Shown: in pieces, positions 22,523 to 33,761 of the stretch
How the letters are laid out: each line of letters begins with the position of its first letter
How positions within the stretch are numbered: position 1 is the first letter of the stretch
Assembly (NCBI RefSeq): GCF_006345805.1
Contig: NC_043002.1
Coordinates: 49,848,001-49,912,000 of the forward strand
Reading direction: 5' to 3'
DNA: 64,000 nt
From: Octopus sinensis
Lineage: Eukaryota
Made by a program: the position numbers and the translations under genes
Notes under the pieces: model-generated
The model's input: only the letters and a program-made list of their open reading frames with translations
Database searches by the model: none
Told to the model about the DNA's origin: nothing

Positions 22523-24037
22523 CATATATATATATATATACACACACACATGTGCATGTGTATGTTTGAGTATATGTGTGTGTGTGATGCGTGGAGAGAG
22601 GGGGATGGGAGGGTAAGCATACCCATATATGTTGTATGTAGTTTTATATATATATAGGCACGCGGCTTAGTGGTTAGGGGTATTCATCTCATGATAGTGA
22701 GTTCAATTCCTGGCAACGCATTGTGTCCTTGAGCAAGACACTTTATTTCACGTTGCTCCAGTCCACTCAGCTGGCAAAAATGAGTAGTACCTGTATTTCA
22801 AAAGGTCAGCCTTGTCACAATCTGTGTCACACTGAATCTCCCCGAGAGCTATGTTAAGGGTACACGTGTTTGTGGCGTTAATTTCACAAGCAAGCTGTTC
22901 CGTTGAATGTATCAGCTGGGACCCTTGTCGTTGCAACCGACAGAGTGCTCCTATATATATCAGTGAAAATAATTGTCCTCCCTCTGTGTGTCTGACTAGA
23001 CAATAATATATACTGCCTCATGCTATCTCATTGCACCAAGCTTCTATAGGTTATTTCAGATCTATATATAAAGTTGTGTACAAATTTTTATCATGGCAGT
23101 TAAGAATCACTTCCCTGTTTTCCCTCTTGCCACCACTTCATTCTTGGACTCTGCAATGTGATCCAGCAGAATATGCAGCAACCACAGGTAAAACATGCTG
23201 CCCCTGCTTCTTCTCTATTAGCTAGATGCATGTGAGGGAAGTAGCTTGCCTAAGGGCATAGATTTATATACAGCCCATTTGGTTTGATTTAGAATCCTTG
23301 ATTTGATTTGTATTCTTCTCCTTCATTCTTTCTCTCTCCCAGCCTCTCTCTCTAATGTTTTCTCTTTTTCTCTCAATGCTTCTTCTTTATCTCTCTCTTT
23401 TCTTTCATCTTCATCCTACAAACTCCTTTTCATTCTCTCTCTCCTCTCTTTCAATCACTGTGCTTCTTTTGTTCTCCTTCACACTTCATCTCATCCCCTC
23501 CTTACCTTCCCTCCTAGCCACCCTTGATTCTCTGCCCTAATTTCTCTCTCTTTCTCTCTCTCTGGTTAACCATACACCTCCTCTATATGCATGATGTGTG
23601 TGTTGTGTGTGTGTATAGGCATGGCTAAGTAGTTAAGATGTCTGCTTCACAACCATAAGGCCCCAGGTTCAATTCCACAGTGTGGTAACTCAGACAAGTA
23701 CACTTATCTCTCAGGTCAATCGATATCATGTGAGTGAAACTAGGTAGATGGAAATGAGAAGCCTCTCAGGTTGATTGTACCTGTAACTGGTACAGCTTTG
23801 TCACTTAAGAATCACATTTAGGGTATCAATGTCTGTGGGGTACTCAGCCACTTATGTATTATATATTGGCTTAAAAAAGTATATCGGCCAGTTGGTTGGA
23901 GAGCATTCATTTGTTGAAACTGGTGGTAGAGTTCATAGTCATGGTACTGGTACTTGAAAAGTGTGATTGTAAAAAATAGATATATCTATATACATCATAT
24001 AGGCATAAGTGATATCTATCTATATATCATATAGTTT

Positions 24038-24096
<59 letters not shown>

Positions 24097-24194
24097 TAAA
24101 TATATACACACACATGTGTGTGTATACTCATATGTGAATATATGTATATAGAAGTATATATATGTATGTCTATATATTTGCTTATTATTGTGAC

Positions 24195-24230
<36 letters not shown>

Positions 24231-24849
24231 TAAGCACATACATATATGTGTATATTTATATGTATGTGTATATACATATCCATATATACACACACACAGA
24301 AGCAGTCACATAGAAGCACTCATGCACACACATACGCTCTCGCATAGAAGCACCCATGCACACATACACTCATATCTACTCAAACGCCAGCCAAGTGAGA
24401 TCGAATGACAAATAAATAGATCAAGCAAATAACAGAATGATTGATGGATAGATAAATAAAAAATGACTTCTGTCAGTTTAGCAAGACATTCTTCTTGCTT
24501 TTGAATGTATTTCTCACTGAACTGGACGGCTTTCATCATGGACACAAAGTTATCTCTTGTTTAATCAGAACATTGTTTGATCTTAGAAAGAAATAGAAGG
24601 CAAACCTCAAAAATCATTATTGAATTGAATTGCAAAAATACAAAAAAAAAAAAAAAAATGAATAGAAATCCCTGACAGGAGAAAAATAAAAACGGGTTTT
24701 GAAACTGGTAAGGGACTGGAATTGTAGACTTACCTTCATGTTTTCTAACCTTAAATAAATATTAAGCTCTGTCAGATATCTGAATGATTTTATATTTGTT
24801 TTAAAAGGTGTGCGAAAACGGCAAGTTTGGTATAGTCAAGTTGACCTTA

Positions 24850-25430
24850 CAAGGTAGTATCAAAAGATTCCCGGACTAGTTATGTTTGATAGAAAATAAC
24901 TTATCTACTTAAGTTTTAGCATCATCTTCTGTGAAATAGTCACCTAGTGCAGCTATATATCGGTCCTATTGTTCCTGCCTCTTTGGGAAGCCGATCTGGA
25001 AATCATATTCCATAAGCAAATCGAGGACCTTCTGTGATTCGCTCTGGATCTCAATAATGGTGTTAAAACGGCAACCTTTGAGTTTTCATCTTGGGGAAGA
25101 GATGGAAGTTTGCAAGTGCTAAATTTGGTGAATAGGGTGTGGAAGCAATACCAAGTTGTTTTTGGCAAGAATTTCAGAAGTCAGTGAAGAATCCCAATCT
25201 TTGCGCTCCACAGATCCAGTTGCTTTTGCCAAATGTCCTCCCTCAAATACTTCAGACGTCATCCTGGGGAAAGAATTCTCGATGCACAATACCTCATTTC
25301 TGGTGGTGACACTCGTGGCAGGTCTTCCTGATTGCTCATCATCTTCCAGAGACATTCTTTCACTTTTGAAATGCCCGTGTCACTTGAAACATTGTGTACG
25401 ACCCATTACCTCATCACCATAAGCATTCTG
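24850..25430 (-). mobile_element. Internally deleted mariner transposase relic with right TIR
   Basis: Minus strand reads QNAYGDEVMGRTQCFK*..RMSLEDDEQSGRPATSVT (HTH), then LAKNNLVLLPHP plus a frameshifted YSP.L-like motif and C-terminal residues. TIR CAAGGTAGTATCAAAAGATTCCCGGACTAGT starts at 24850 after TA. The left end is lost under a SINE. Confidence 0.85.
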
Positions 25431-26469
25431 TCTGGCATGCTAACAATTCTACCAGCTCACTGCCTTTATATAATGATAAAAATAATAACAATAATAATAA
25501 TAACAATAATAATAATAAATGTTTCAAATTTTGCCACAAGGGCAGCAACTTTGTGGGAGGGGAAGAGTTGATTATATCGGCCCCAATCTTCAACTGGTAC
25601 TCATTTTATTGACTCCCAAAGGATGAAAGGCAAAGTCAGCCTCAGCAGAAATTGAACTCAGAACAGAGTGATGGACAAAATACCACTAAGCATTTCATCC
25701 AGCATGCTAACGATTCTGCCAGCTCGCTGCCTTAATAATAATGATAATAATAACGATAATAATGAGAATGACGATGATTTTTTTTTTTTTTGGCACAAGA
25801 TCAGAAATTCTGGGATATGCAAGTGTGGACGACAGTGGGGTGTGGTTAACAATCATAGTTTGAAATTAGGATTGATAAAAGAGCCGCCAGTCTGGCTCCC
25901 CTCTGCCTTCCGCCATTCTCCTCGATGAGAAAGGGACTGAAGTATGTAGGGTGGGGTTGGAGGAATTGACCTATTAGTCCTCATCTATATATACTTCTGG
26001 ATAATGTCTCAGAAGCTGATGTGATGGGGGGAGGGGGGTTGCAGAGCAAGAGACAGAGAGGACAGAGAAAGGCGTGGTCAATGTGTGCAATGCACTTTTG
26101 AACCTTTAATAGTGTGTGTGTGTGTGTGTGTGTGAGTGTATGTGTATGCACATGCATGCGTTTGTATGTGAGATTGTACACATTCGTATGTGTTTGTGTT
26201 TGTATGCATGTGTTTGTATGTGAGATGTATGCATTCATGTTCTTTTGTTGCCTGTTTAAGCATTGAGTATATGAGTGTAATAGCAGAAATTTGTGCCTGT
26301 GTGAATTGCTTATACTGTGTCTCTGTGTGTCTGTGTGTGCATGCATGTATATGAATGTAATAGCAAATACACACTTATGTGTGAATCACTGTGTGTGCCA
26401 TTGTGCAGCTGAAATGATGTGTGTATTGTATGCCTGTACAGTATACAAATAAATAAATAGATATATATG

Positions 26470-26515
<46 letters not shown>

Positions 26516-26559
26516 CATCATCATCGTTTAACGTCCGTTTTCCGCGCTAGCACAGGTTT

Positions 26560-26592
<33 letters not shown>

Positions 26593-26705
26593 GTATATAT
26601 ATATATGTATATATATGTATGTATATATACACACACATATACAGATATCTAAATACATATATGCATACACACACACACGCATATATATAACCACATACAT
26701 ATATA

Positions 26706-26947
26706 CAGGGTGCGATGGGTAAACTGTCACCATTTTATATTTTTAATATCACGCATGCACATTGTTTGTTTTTGATTTTGTTTACTACACAGCATAGTAG
26801 GGTCAGTTGGGCACTGACTGTGAGAAAAACAGCACCATGACACAATTCATTCTGCTAGAAGTTTGGAAACATGTTGTACTGCTTGACATTCATGCCAGAA
26901 TCTCCAATACAAACATTTCACAGTGTTTGGGTGTTAATCTGAGGACT
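26706..26947 (+). mobile_element. Tc1/mariner left end with N-terminal transposase fragment
   Basis: TA|CAGGGTGCGATGGGTAAACTGTCACC; ATG at 26837 gives MTQFILLEVWKHVVLLDIHARISNTNISQCLGVNLRT (HTH-like), truncated by the next element. Confidence 0.7.
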
Positions 26948-27083
26948 TGCCTTGTCCCTTTCTGTAGAAGAGCATAGGCTCGAAACGTAAAAGACTTTTT
27001 CTATTCCTGAGTGTTATACTAATACATCACCTGTATTTTGTACACCACCTGTCTTCGTCTTTCGTTTTTTTTTAAACTCTCCC
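26948..27083 (+). mobile_element. Penelope-like terminal repeat fragment with degenerate hammerhead motif
   Basis: CTTT-CTGTAGA-A-GAGC-ATAG-GCTC-GAAACGTA-AAAG, then a pyrimidine-rich tail ending AAACTCTCCCT(ATAT). The Penelope assignment rests on the minimal hammerhead type, not on a coding match. Confidence 0.7.
26958..26993 (+). ncRNA. Minimal type I hammerhead ribozyme motif, core mutated (A6 to U)
   Basis: Stem I CTTT/AAAG, core CTGTAGA (consensus CUGANGA), extra A, stem II GAGC/GCTC, GAAAC-GUA cleavage triplet with palindromic ACGT. Confidence 0.65.
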
Positions 27084-27086
27084 TAT

Positions 27087-27120
<34 letters not shown>

Positions 27121-27136
27121 CATGCACACACATATA

Positions 27137-27367
27137 TAGGGTTGGCCAAAAATCACCTGACAGTAAATCAAAATTCCACAAATACTTAGCATTCGATTTT
27201 ATTTATTCATTTTGAAAAATGTCGCCCAAGAAGGACATCAGTCTGAACAATTTTCATGGTGATTCATATTTAGATGCTTTTATTAAATTCATTCAGTTGT
27301 TAAACATAAATAAATCTTGAAATTAAATGGTTTTGATTTACTGTCAGGTAAATTTTCGCCAACCCTG
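27137..27367. mobile_element. Tc1/mariner-type MITE with about 38-bp TIRs
   Basis: Left TAGGGTTGGCCAAAAATCACCTGACAGTAAATCAAAA, right TTTTGATTTACTGTCAGGTAAATTTTCGCCAACCCTG. Confidence 0.85.
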
Positions 27368-27619
27368 TGTATCTATAAAACTAGTTGTTAGAAAAAAAAT
27401 GGTTGAGAATCCCTGATCTTCAGCAAGGATTTTTTTCCATGATGAAGCACAGTGAATGGTTTTATGGGTCTGAATATGCTTGAACTCATATTCAATCTCA
27501 TAACAAGTTCCTATTTATACACAACACTGCTTAGCACTTCTAATCTGGTATATATGTGTATGTATACCTCCTCTTGCACTCTCTTGTCTTTGAAAGAACT
27601 TTTCTTCACCCATTCCCTT

Positions 27620-27841
27620 CCGGTCATTCAAAATGTGACCACGTGTGTACTGTTGGCGATTTTTTTCCCTCTGTCTTCCCTTCTTTGGATCTTTCCTTTT
27701 CCTATGTTTCTGACGAAGAGCTCTGCTCGAAATGTAAAGCCCTCCTTCTTCCCTTCCTTCCTGAGCGTCCAATAATACTATATTTGTTCCACGTCTTCAC
27801 GTTGTTGTTTACTCTTTGTGTTTTCATGTTTGGATTAACTA
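27620..27841 (+). mobile_element. Second Penelope-like terminal repeat fragment (different subfamily)
   Basis: Carries a hammerhead motif and downstream TTCCTGAGCGT..ATACT..GTCTTC similar to 27004-27058, and ends in (TA)n. The 5' boundary is approximate. Confidence 0.65.
27706..27740 (+). ncRNA. Minimal type I hammerhead ribozyme motif, catalytic core intact
   Basis: GTTT-CTGACGA-A-GAGC-TCT-GCTC-GAAATGTA-AAGC: stem I GUUU/AAGC (one G-U), CUGACGA, extra A, 4-bp stem II, GAAA, GUA site, U-G wobble at 15.2/16.2. Confidence 0.7.
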
Positions 27842-27853
27842 TACATATATATA

Positions 27854-27938
<85 letters not shown>

Positions 27939-28150
27939 CTTTATATATATATCAGCTTGCAGCCCCTCAGTTTACCAGCCCTGGTCAAACCATCCAACCC
28001 ATCCCAGCATGAACAATGGGCGTTAAATGATGATGATATACACACAGGCACTTATGCAAAAGTGTTATTTCCATACCACACCTTGATACATACAGGCCCA
28101 CTAGTAGTAAACACGAGACAGCTGTAGTACATATATACATATACACACAC

Positions 28151-28186
<36 letters not shown>

Positions 28187-28690
28187 GACAGTTCACAATA
28201 GTACACATTCCACACAAGCACTGACATACTTGTTCTTATAAGCACCAACATTTGTATCCGCTCATATGCATAAACACTAGCACATGTACTTCACACACAC
28301 ACACATGTACACACACACACTCACACACACATGTACACACACACACACAAATACATACACGCAAGAAAGGTTGGTTCACATTCTGTTGCTTATTCTGATA
28401 ACTTTTTCTATTGGCACTTCTTGATATCATTTTATACAGAGATCTTTCTTGGCCCCCACCATCAAGCCCATAGCCTAGGGGTTTACAGTACTCTTACAGT
28501 ATTCCTCTTTTGTGTGTACACACACACACACGCATATATATATGTATACATATATAAAAACACATACATATGTGTGTGTATGTGTGTATATATATGTGTG
28601 TGTATATATATGTATATATTATCTACTTATCTATCTATATCTATCTATCTATCTATCTCTTCTATCTGTCTGTCTGTCTGTCTGTCTGTC

Positions 28691-28721
<31 letters not shown>

Positions 28722-28751
28722 CTGTCTGTCTGTCTGTCTATCTATCTATCG

Positions 28752-28783
<32 letters not shown>

Positions 28784-28822
28784 ACATCTATCTATCTATC
28801 TATCTATCTATCTATGTGTATG

Positions 28823-28857
<35 letters not shown>

Positions 28858-29158
28858 ATATTTCTGCACACACATATAAATACATCATCATCATCAGTCT
28901 TACCACATTCACCATCACCATCGCTACACTAACCACCACCACCACCACCACCCCTACTCCTACCCCTTCCACCCCATGTTGTTGTTTTTGGCTCATTGCG
29001 ACATCTCGGCTATCTGAGCCAGCTGTGTTAGTCGGGGATGGTGGTGGTGGTGGTCATAGCGATGGTGGAACCAGTGGTGGTGATGGTGGTGGCGAATGTG
29101 CATGTTTGCATGTGTGTGTATTTGTGTGATTGTATATATATATGTGTGTGTGTGTGTG

Positions 29159-29189
<31 letters not shown>

Positions 29190-29715
29190 CATGAGTTAGA
29201 TTTGATCCGCTGTAATAGCTGTACTGATAGGCAGTCTGACATTTATACCAGTAGCGCCACCAATAGGAAGCCACTAATTACGGCTTTGCCGCCCACACCA
29301 CCATCTTTCCTTATTATCGGTGACACTGACAAATTTTCCTACTTAGTGGTGGTCGGGACGCAGAAAATCTGTAGTGGGGTGGCAGTGGTGGTGCAGTGGG
29401 GTGGGGTGGGGTGCAGGGTATATTCTTTCTTTGTCTTTTTTTTTTGTTTTAATTTTGTTTTGTAGTGGTTGTAGTAGATTGGTGCTTAGAGGTGGGAGGC
29501 AGGGTCAAGTTACTCTGGTTTATATATAATATATATGTGTGTGGTGTGTGCATGTATATATATGTGTGTATGTATATATATATGTATGTATGTATGTATT
29601 TGTTTTGATACTATTTCATAGCAATATATGTGTACTCTTTGTGTCTTTAATTTTGCTTTATATATATATTTATATATATATATATTGTATATGTATGTAT
29701 GTATATGTATGTATG

Positions 29716-29762
<47 letters not shown>

Positions 29763-29764
29763 TG

Positions 29765-29813
<49 letters not shown>

Positions 29814-29940
29814 TGTATATATGTGTGTTTGTGTGTATGTATATATATATGTGTGTATTGTGTACATGTGTGTGTATGTATATACATGTATATAGTATAC
29901 TTATGTGTGTATGTATATGAGTATATATATGTGTGTATAT

Positions 29941-29987
<47 letters not shown>

Positions 29988-30384
29988 TATGTACACACAC
30001 ATATATATATAGTTGAATAGTTTTTGTCTGGGCTAGAGTTTAAATTTAGCTTGTCCCTGTAAACTGATAGACACATATACATCACCTTACTACACCACAC
30101 CCTTTCAGTTCAAACATCTCTCTCTCTCCCTTCTCTCTCTTCTTAACCATTCTCTCTCTCTCATCTATCATTACAACCCAAAATCAGTAGACCAGTGTGC
30201 TTTCCATAGATATACATACATACATACATACAGACAGACAGATCCCATGTATACTAATTCCCACTTTTTACCATCAAGGATTTATATGCCTCAGTATTTG
30301 ACTATTTCCTGTAACCAATGAACAGTGAACACTTACAAGCTTTAAGCTTATAATCATTATTACTATTATTATTACTATTATTAT

Positions 30385-30631
30385 TATTATTATTATCATT
30401 ATTATTCAGTAGTTTTATTTTTATAGCGTGCTTTCACTTCACTACTGAGCGCAGCTCTGTGTGCCTTGGGTATGTGCTGTGGTTTGTTGTGGGGCTCTGA
30501 TGGTTACTGTATTGACCATCACAGCCTCACAACAAAACACAGCACATACCCAAGGCACACAGCTGCGCTCGGTAGTGAAGTGAAAGCACGCTATAAAAAT
30601 AAAACTACTGAATAATGATAATAATAATAAT
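30385..30631. repeat. Long fold-back palindrome (arms about 105 bp, loop 6 nt) flanked by (ATT)n/(AAT)n
   Basis: 30401-30506 is the reverse complement of 30513-30616 with 5 substitutions and one 2-nt indel; loop CTGTAT (30507-30512). Confidence 0.95.
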
Positions 30632-31019
30632 TATTATTATTATTATTATTATACAAAATTTTCATTCTTCACCATTTCTTCGTTTAACAAAGAAATATAA
30701 ACATATATATGTATAAATAGTTAAGTCTATGTCTCGTCATAGAGTGACCAATGGTTTTGCATTCACTAAAGGCTTAGCCCCAAGAATGTCTCGTCAGACT
30801 CAGCTAAAAACAAATGTAACTCTTCCTCTCACCTCTGGGAGGCAGGAATCTGTTACGGGTATATATGTGCGCACACACATGCATGTATATGTATATGTTG
30901 TGTGTGTCTAACTCAATTTAATAACAATTCTTTTATTTTGAAAATCCTGTATGTAAACATTGCTACAGTTTCTTTATTGCTTGTATCTGTCTACACGGAG
31001 TGTTTTACTATTCTTTCTA

Positions 31020-31855
31020 GTATTATAAAATACCTATTTCTTTACTACCCACAAGGGGCTAAATACAGAGAGGACAAACAAGGACAGGCAAACGGATTAA
31101 GTCGATTATATCGACCCCAGTGCGTAACTGGTACTTATTTAATCCCGAAAGGATGAAAGGCAAAGTCGACCTCGGTGGAATTTGAACTCAAAATGTAACT
31201 GCAGGAATATAAACCCAAACCATTCTACCAAACTGCATCTTACTTATTTCTGTATTGCCCACAAAGGGCTAAACATATAGGGGACAAACAAAGGGATTAA
31301 GTCGATTACATCGACGCCAGTGCGTAACTGGTACTTAATTTATTGACATCGAAACGATGAAAGGTAAAGTCAACCTCAGCGGAATTTGAACTCAGAACGT
31401 AACGGCAGACAAAATACCTATTTCTCTACTACCCACAAGGGGCTAAACACAGAGAGGACAGACAAGGAAAGACAAACGAATTAAGTCGATTACATCGACC
31501 CCAGTGCGTAACTGGTACTTATTTAATCGACTCCGAAAGGATGAAAGGCAAAGTCGACCTTGACGGAATTTGAACTCAGAACGTAACAATTTGAACTCAG
31601 AATGTAACAGCAGACCAAATACCTATTTCTTTTCTACCCACAAGGGGCTAAACACAGAGGGAACAAACAAGGATAGACAAACGGATTAAGTTGATTATAT
31701 CGACCCCAGTGCATAACTGGTACTTATTTAATCGATCCCGAAAGGATGAAAAGCAAAGTCGACCTCGGCGGAATTTGAACTCAGAACGTAGCGGCAGACG
31801 AAATACCGTTAAGCATTTCACCCGGCATGCAAATGTTTCTGCCAGCTTGCCGCCT
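31020..31855 (-). mobile_element. Family A SINE tetramer (diverged head-to-tail multimer)
   Basis: Four units of about 190-210 bp, most joined at AAATACCTATTTC..CCCACAAGGGG; a single complete head at 31800-31855. Confidence 0.85.
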
Positions 31856-32718
31856 TGTATCATAAAATACCATAGACAAGTTTATGTGTATGTGTGTGTG
31901 TGCGTGTGTGCGTGCGTGTGTTTGATCATGTCTGCATGTGTGTGTATGCACACATGAGAATAAATTTGTAGAAGAATGGTGTTATGGTTCTACTCAGATT
32001 GTCTACACCCATATTCAAGACATATTTCTCTCTTGTTCTCTCTTTCATATATATGCCTTTGTGTGTGTGTGTGTTTGTTGTTGTTGATACAGTCTCATAT
32101 CTTAGGGCAATAATTGCGACTTCAGTCAGTCACACTTCATGCCACTAACACCCATTAGGCTCGATTGTGGCTGTTGGTTTTTGTTTATCTGAGATTCTTT
32201 ACTTGTTTTAGTCGTTAGACTGTGGCCATGCCGGAGCACCGTCTCGAAGGACTATTACCCGAATGAATCGACCCCAGTATTCATTATATTCTATTTTCTA
32301 AGCCAGGTACTTATACTACCTGTATCTTTTTGTCGAACAGCTAAGATACGGGGATGTAAACAAACCAACACTTCTAGGCAAGCAGTAGAGGGAGACACAC
32401 ACACACACACACACAGCTACCAAATCCACTCACAAGGCTTTGGTCAGGCCAAGGCTATAGCAGAAGACACTTGCTCAAAGAACCTGGAAGCATGTGGTTG
32501 GAGAGTAAGCTTCTTATGACACAGCCATGCCAGTACCTGATTTGTTGTTCCCCCCCCCTTTTTTTTTTCATTCCAGCTCAGCTCTGATCAAGCAGGCCTT
32601 ATGATCAAAGCCTTTCCATCCATGACCATCCCATTTTTTTTTCACATATATTATAATTTCTCACCAGATTATTTTATCCAATGTATCCTCCTCTCTTTTA
32701 AAATGATGTGTGATTTAA

Positions 32719-33356
32719 CCCTGCAGCATTCAGATTACTCTGTCAAATGTAATTCTTATTCCTTGATATTGTTTTAAACTAATCATGCATTATCTTGTAT
32801 CTTTTATTTTAACTCTTTTACTTATTTCAGTCAAATGACTGTGGACATGCTGGAGGTTTTTTTATTAATCAAAGAAATCAACCCCAGGACTTCTTTGTAA
32901 GCCCAGAACTTATTCTATCAGTCTCTATTGCCGAACTGCTAGATTACAGGGACGTAAACACACCAACATCAGTTGTCAACACAGACACAAAGACACAGTC
33001 ACATAAATATATATACAATCATTTATATATATATATATGTAAATACACATGACAGGCTTCTTTCAGTTTCTGTCTACCAAATCCACTCACAAAGCTTTTG
33101 GTTAGCCCGAGGCAATAGTAGAAGACACTTGCCCAAGGTGTCACATAGCGGGACTGAACCTGGAACCATGTGATTAGGAAGCAAGCTTCTTACCACACAG
33201 TTATGCCTGTGCTTGTATCTTTGAGATTTTGATGATGTGATTGCTTATTTTTAAAATGACATTGTCGAGTAGGTGTGAGAGGCTAGATCTGGCCAGTTTT
33301 AACATAAAAAAGATAGAATATTTGAGCCAGAAATGGCCGGTTAAATCCTAAAGATA
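32719..33356. mobile_element. piggyBac-type MITE, second copy, interrupted by a family B SINE
   Basis: TTAA|CCCTGCAGCATTCAGATTACTCTGTCAAATG at the left; AAATCCTAAAGA at the right. Confidence 0.75.
32805..33211 (-). mobile_element. Family B SINE with perfect 11-bp TSD
   Basis: CTTGTATCTTT at 32794-32804 and 33212-33222 flanks a full-length reverse copy. Confidence 0.9.
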
Positions 33357-33725
33357 TTTGCTGCTATTTCTATCGATGCAACCAACCATGCTCATGTAGA
33401 GGCTCTCTTGTTAACTGACTAAAGCTGTGAACACCACATGTATAAGTTAACAAAAGCTTGTGCAACAAGCTTTAGTAAGTTTTTGTGGATTGCGTCCTCC
33501 TACAACAGGGAAATTAGGACCACCCACCACATGTGCACATACAGAAACTCAGTCCCTCTGATTTCCATTGAATAATAGATGCAGGCATAGCTCTGTGGTA
33601 AGAAGCTTGCTTCCCAGCCAAATTGTTTTGGGTTCAATCCCAATGCAAGTCATTTTGGGCAAATATCTTTTACTATAGCTTGTCTTGCGAATAGATTTAA
33701 CAAATGGAAACTGAAAAGAAACCCC

Positions 33726-33761
<36 letters not shown>

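Noticed and set aside
24810-24850. EGF/MEGF-like VCENGKFG peptide after an AG
   Set aside because: The Cys expected after FG is missing, and the frame runs into a mariner TIR.
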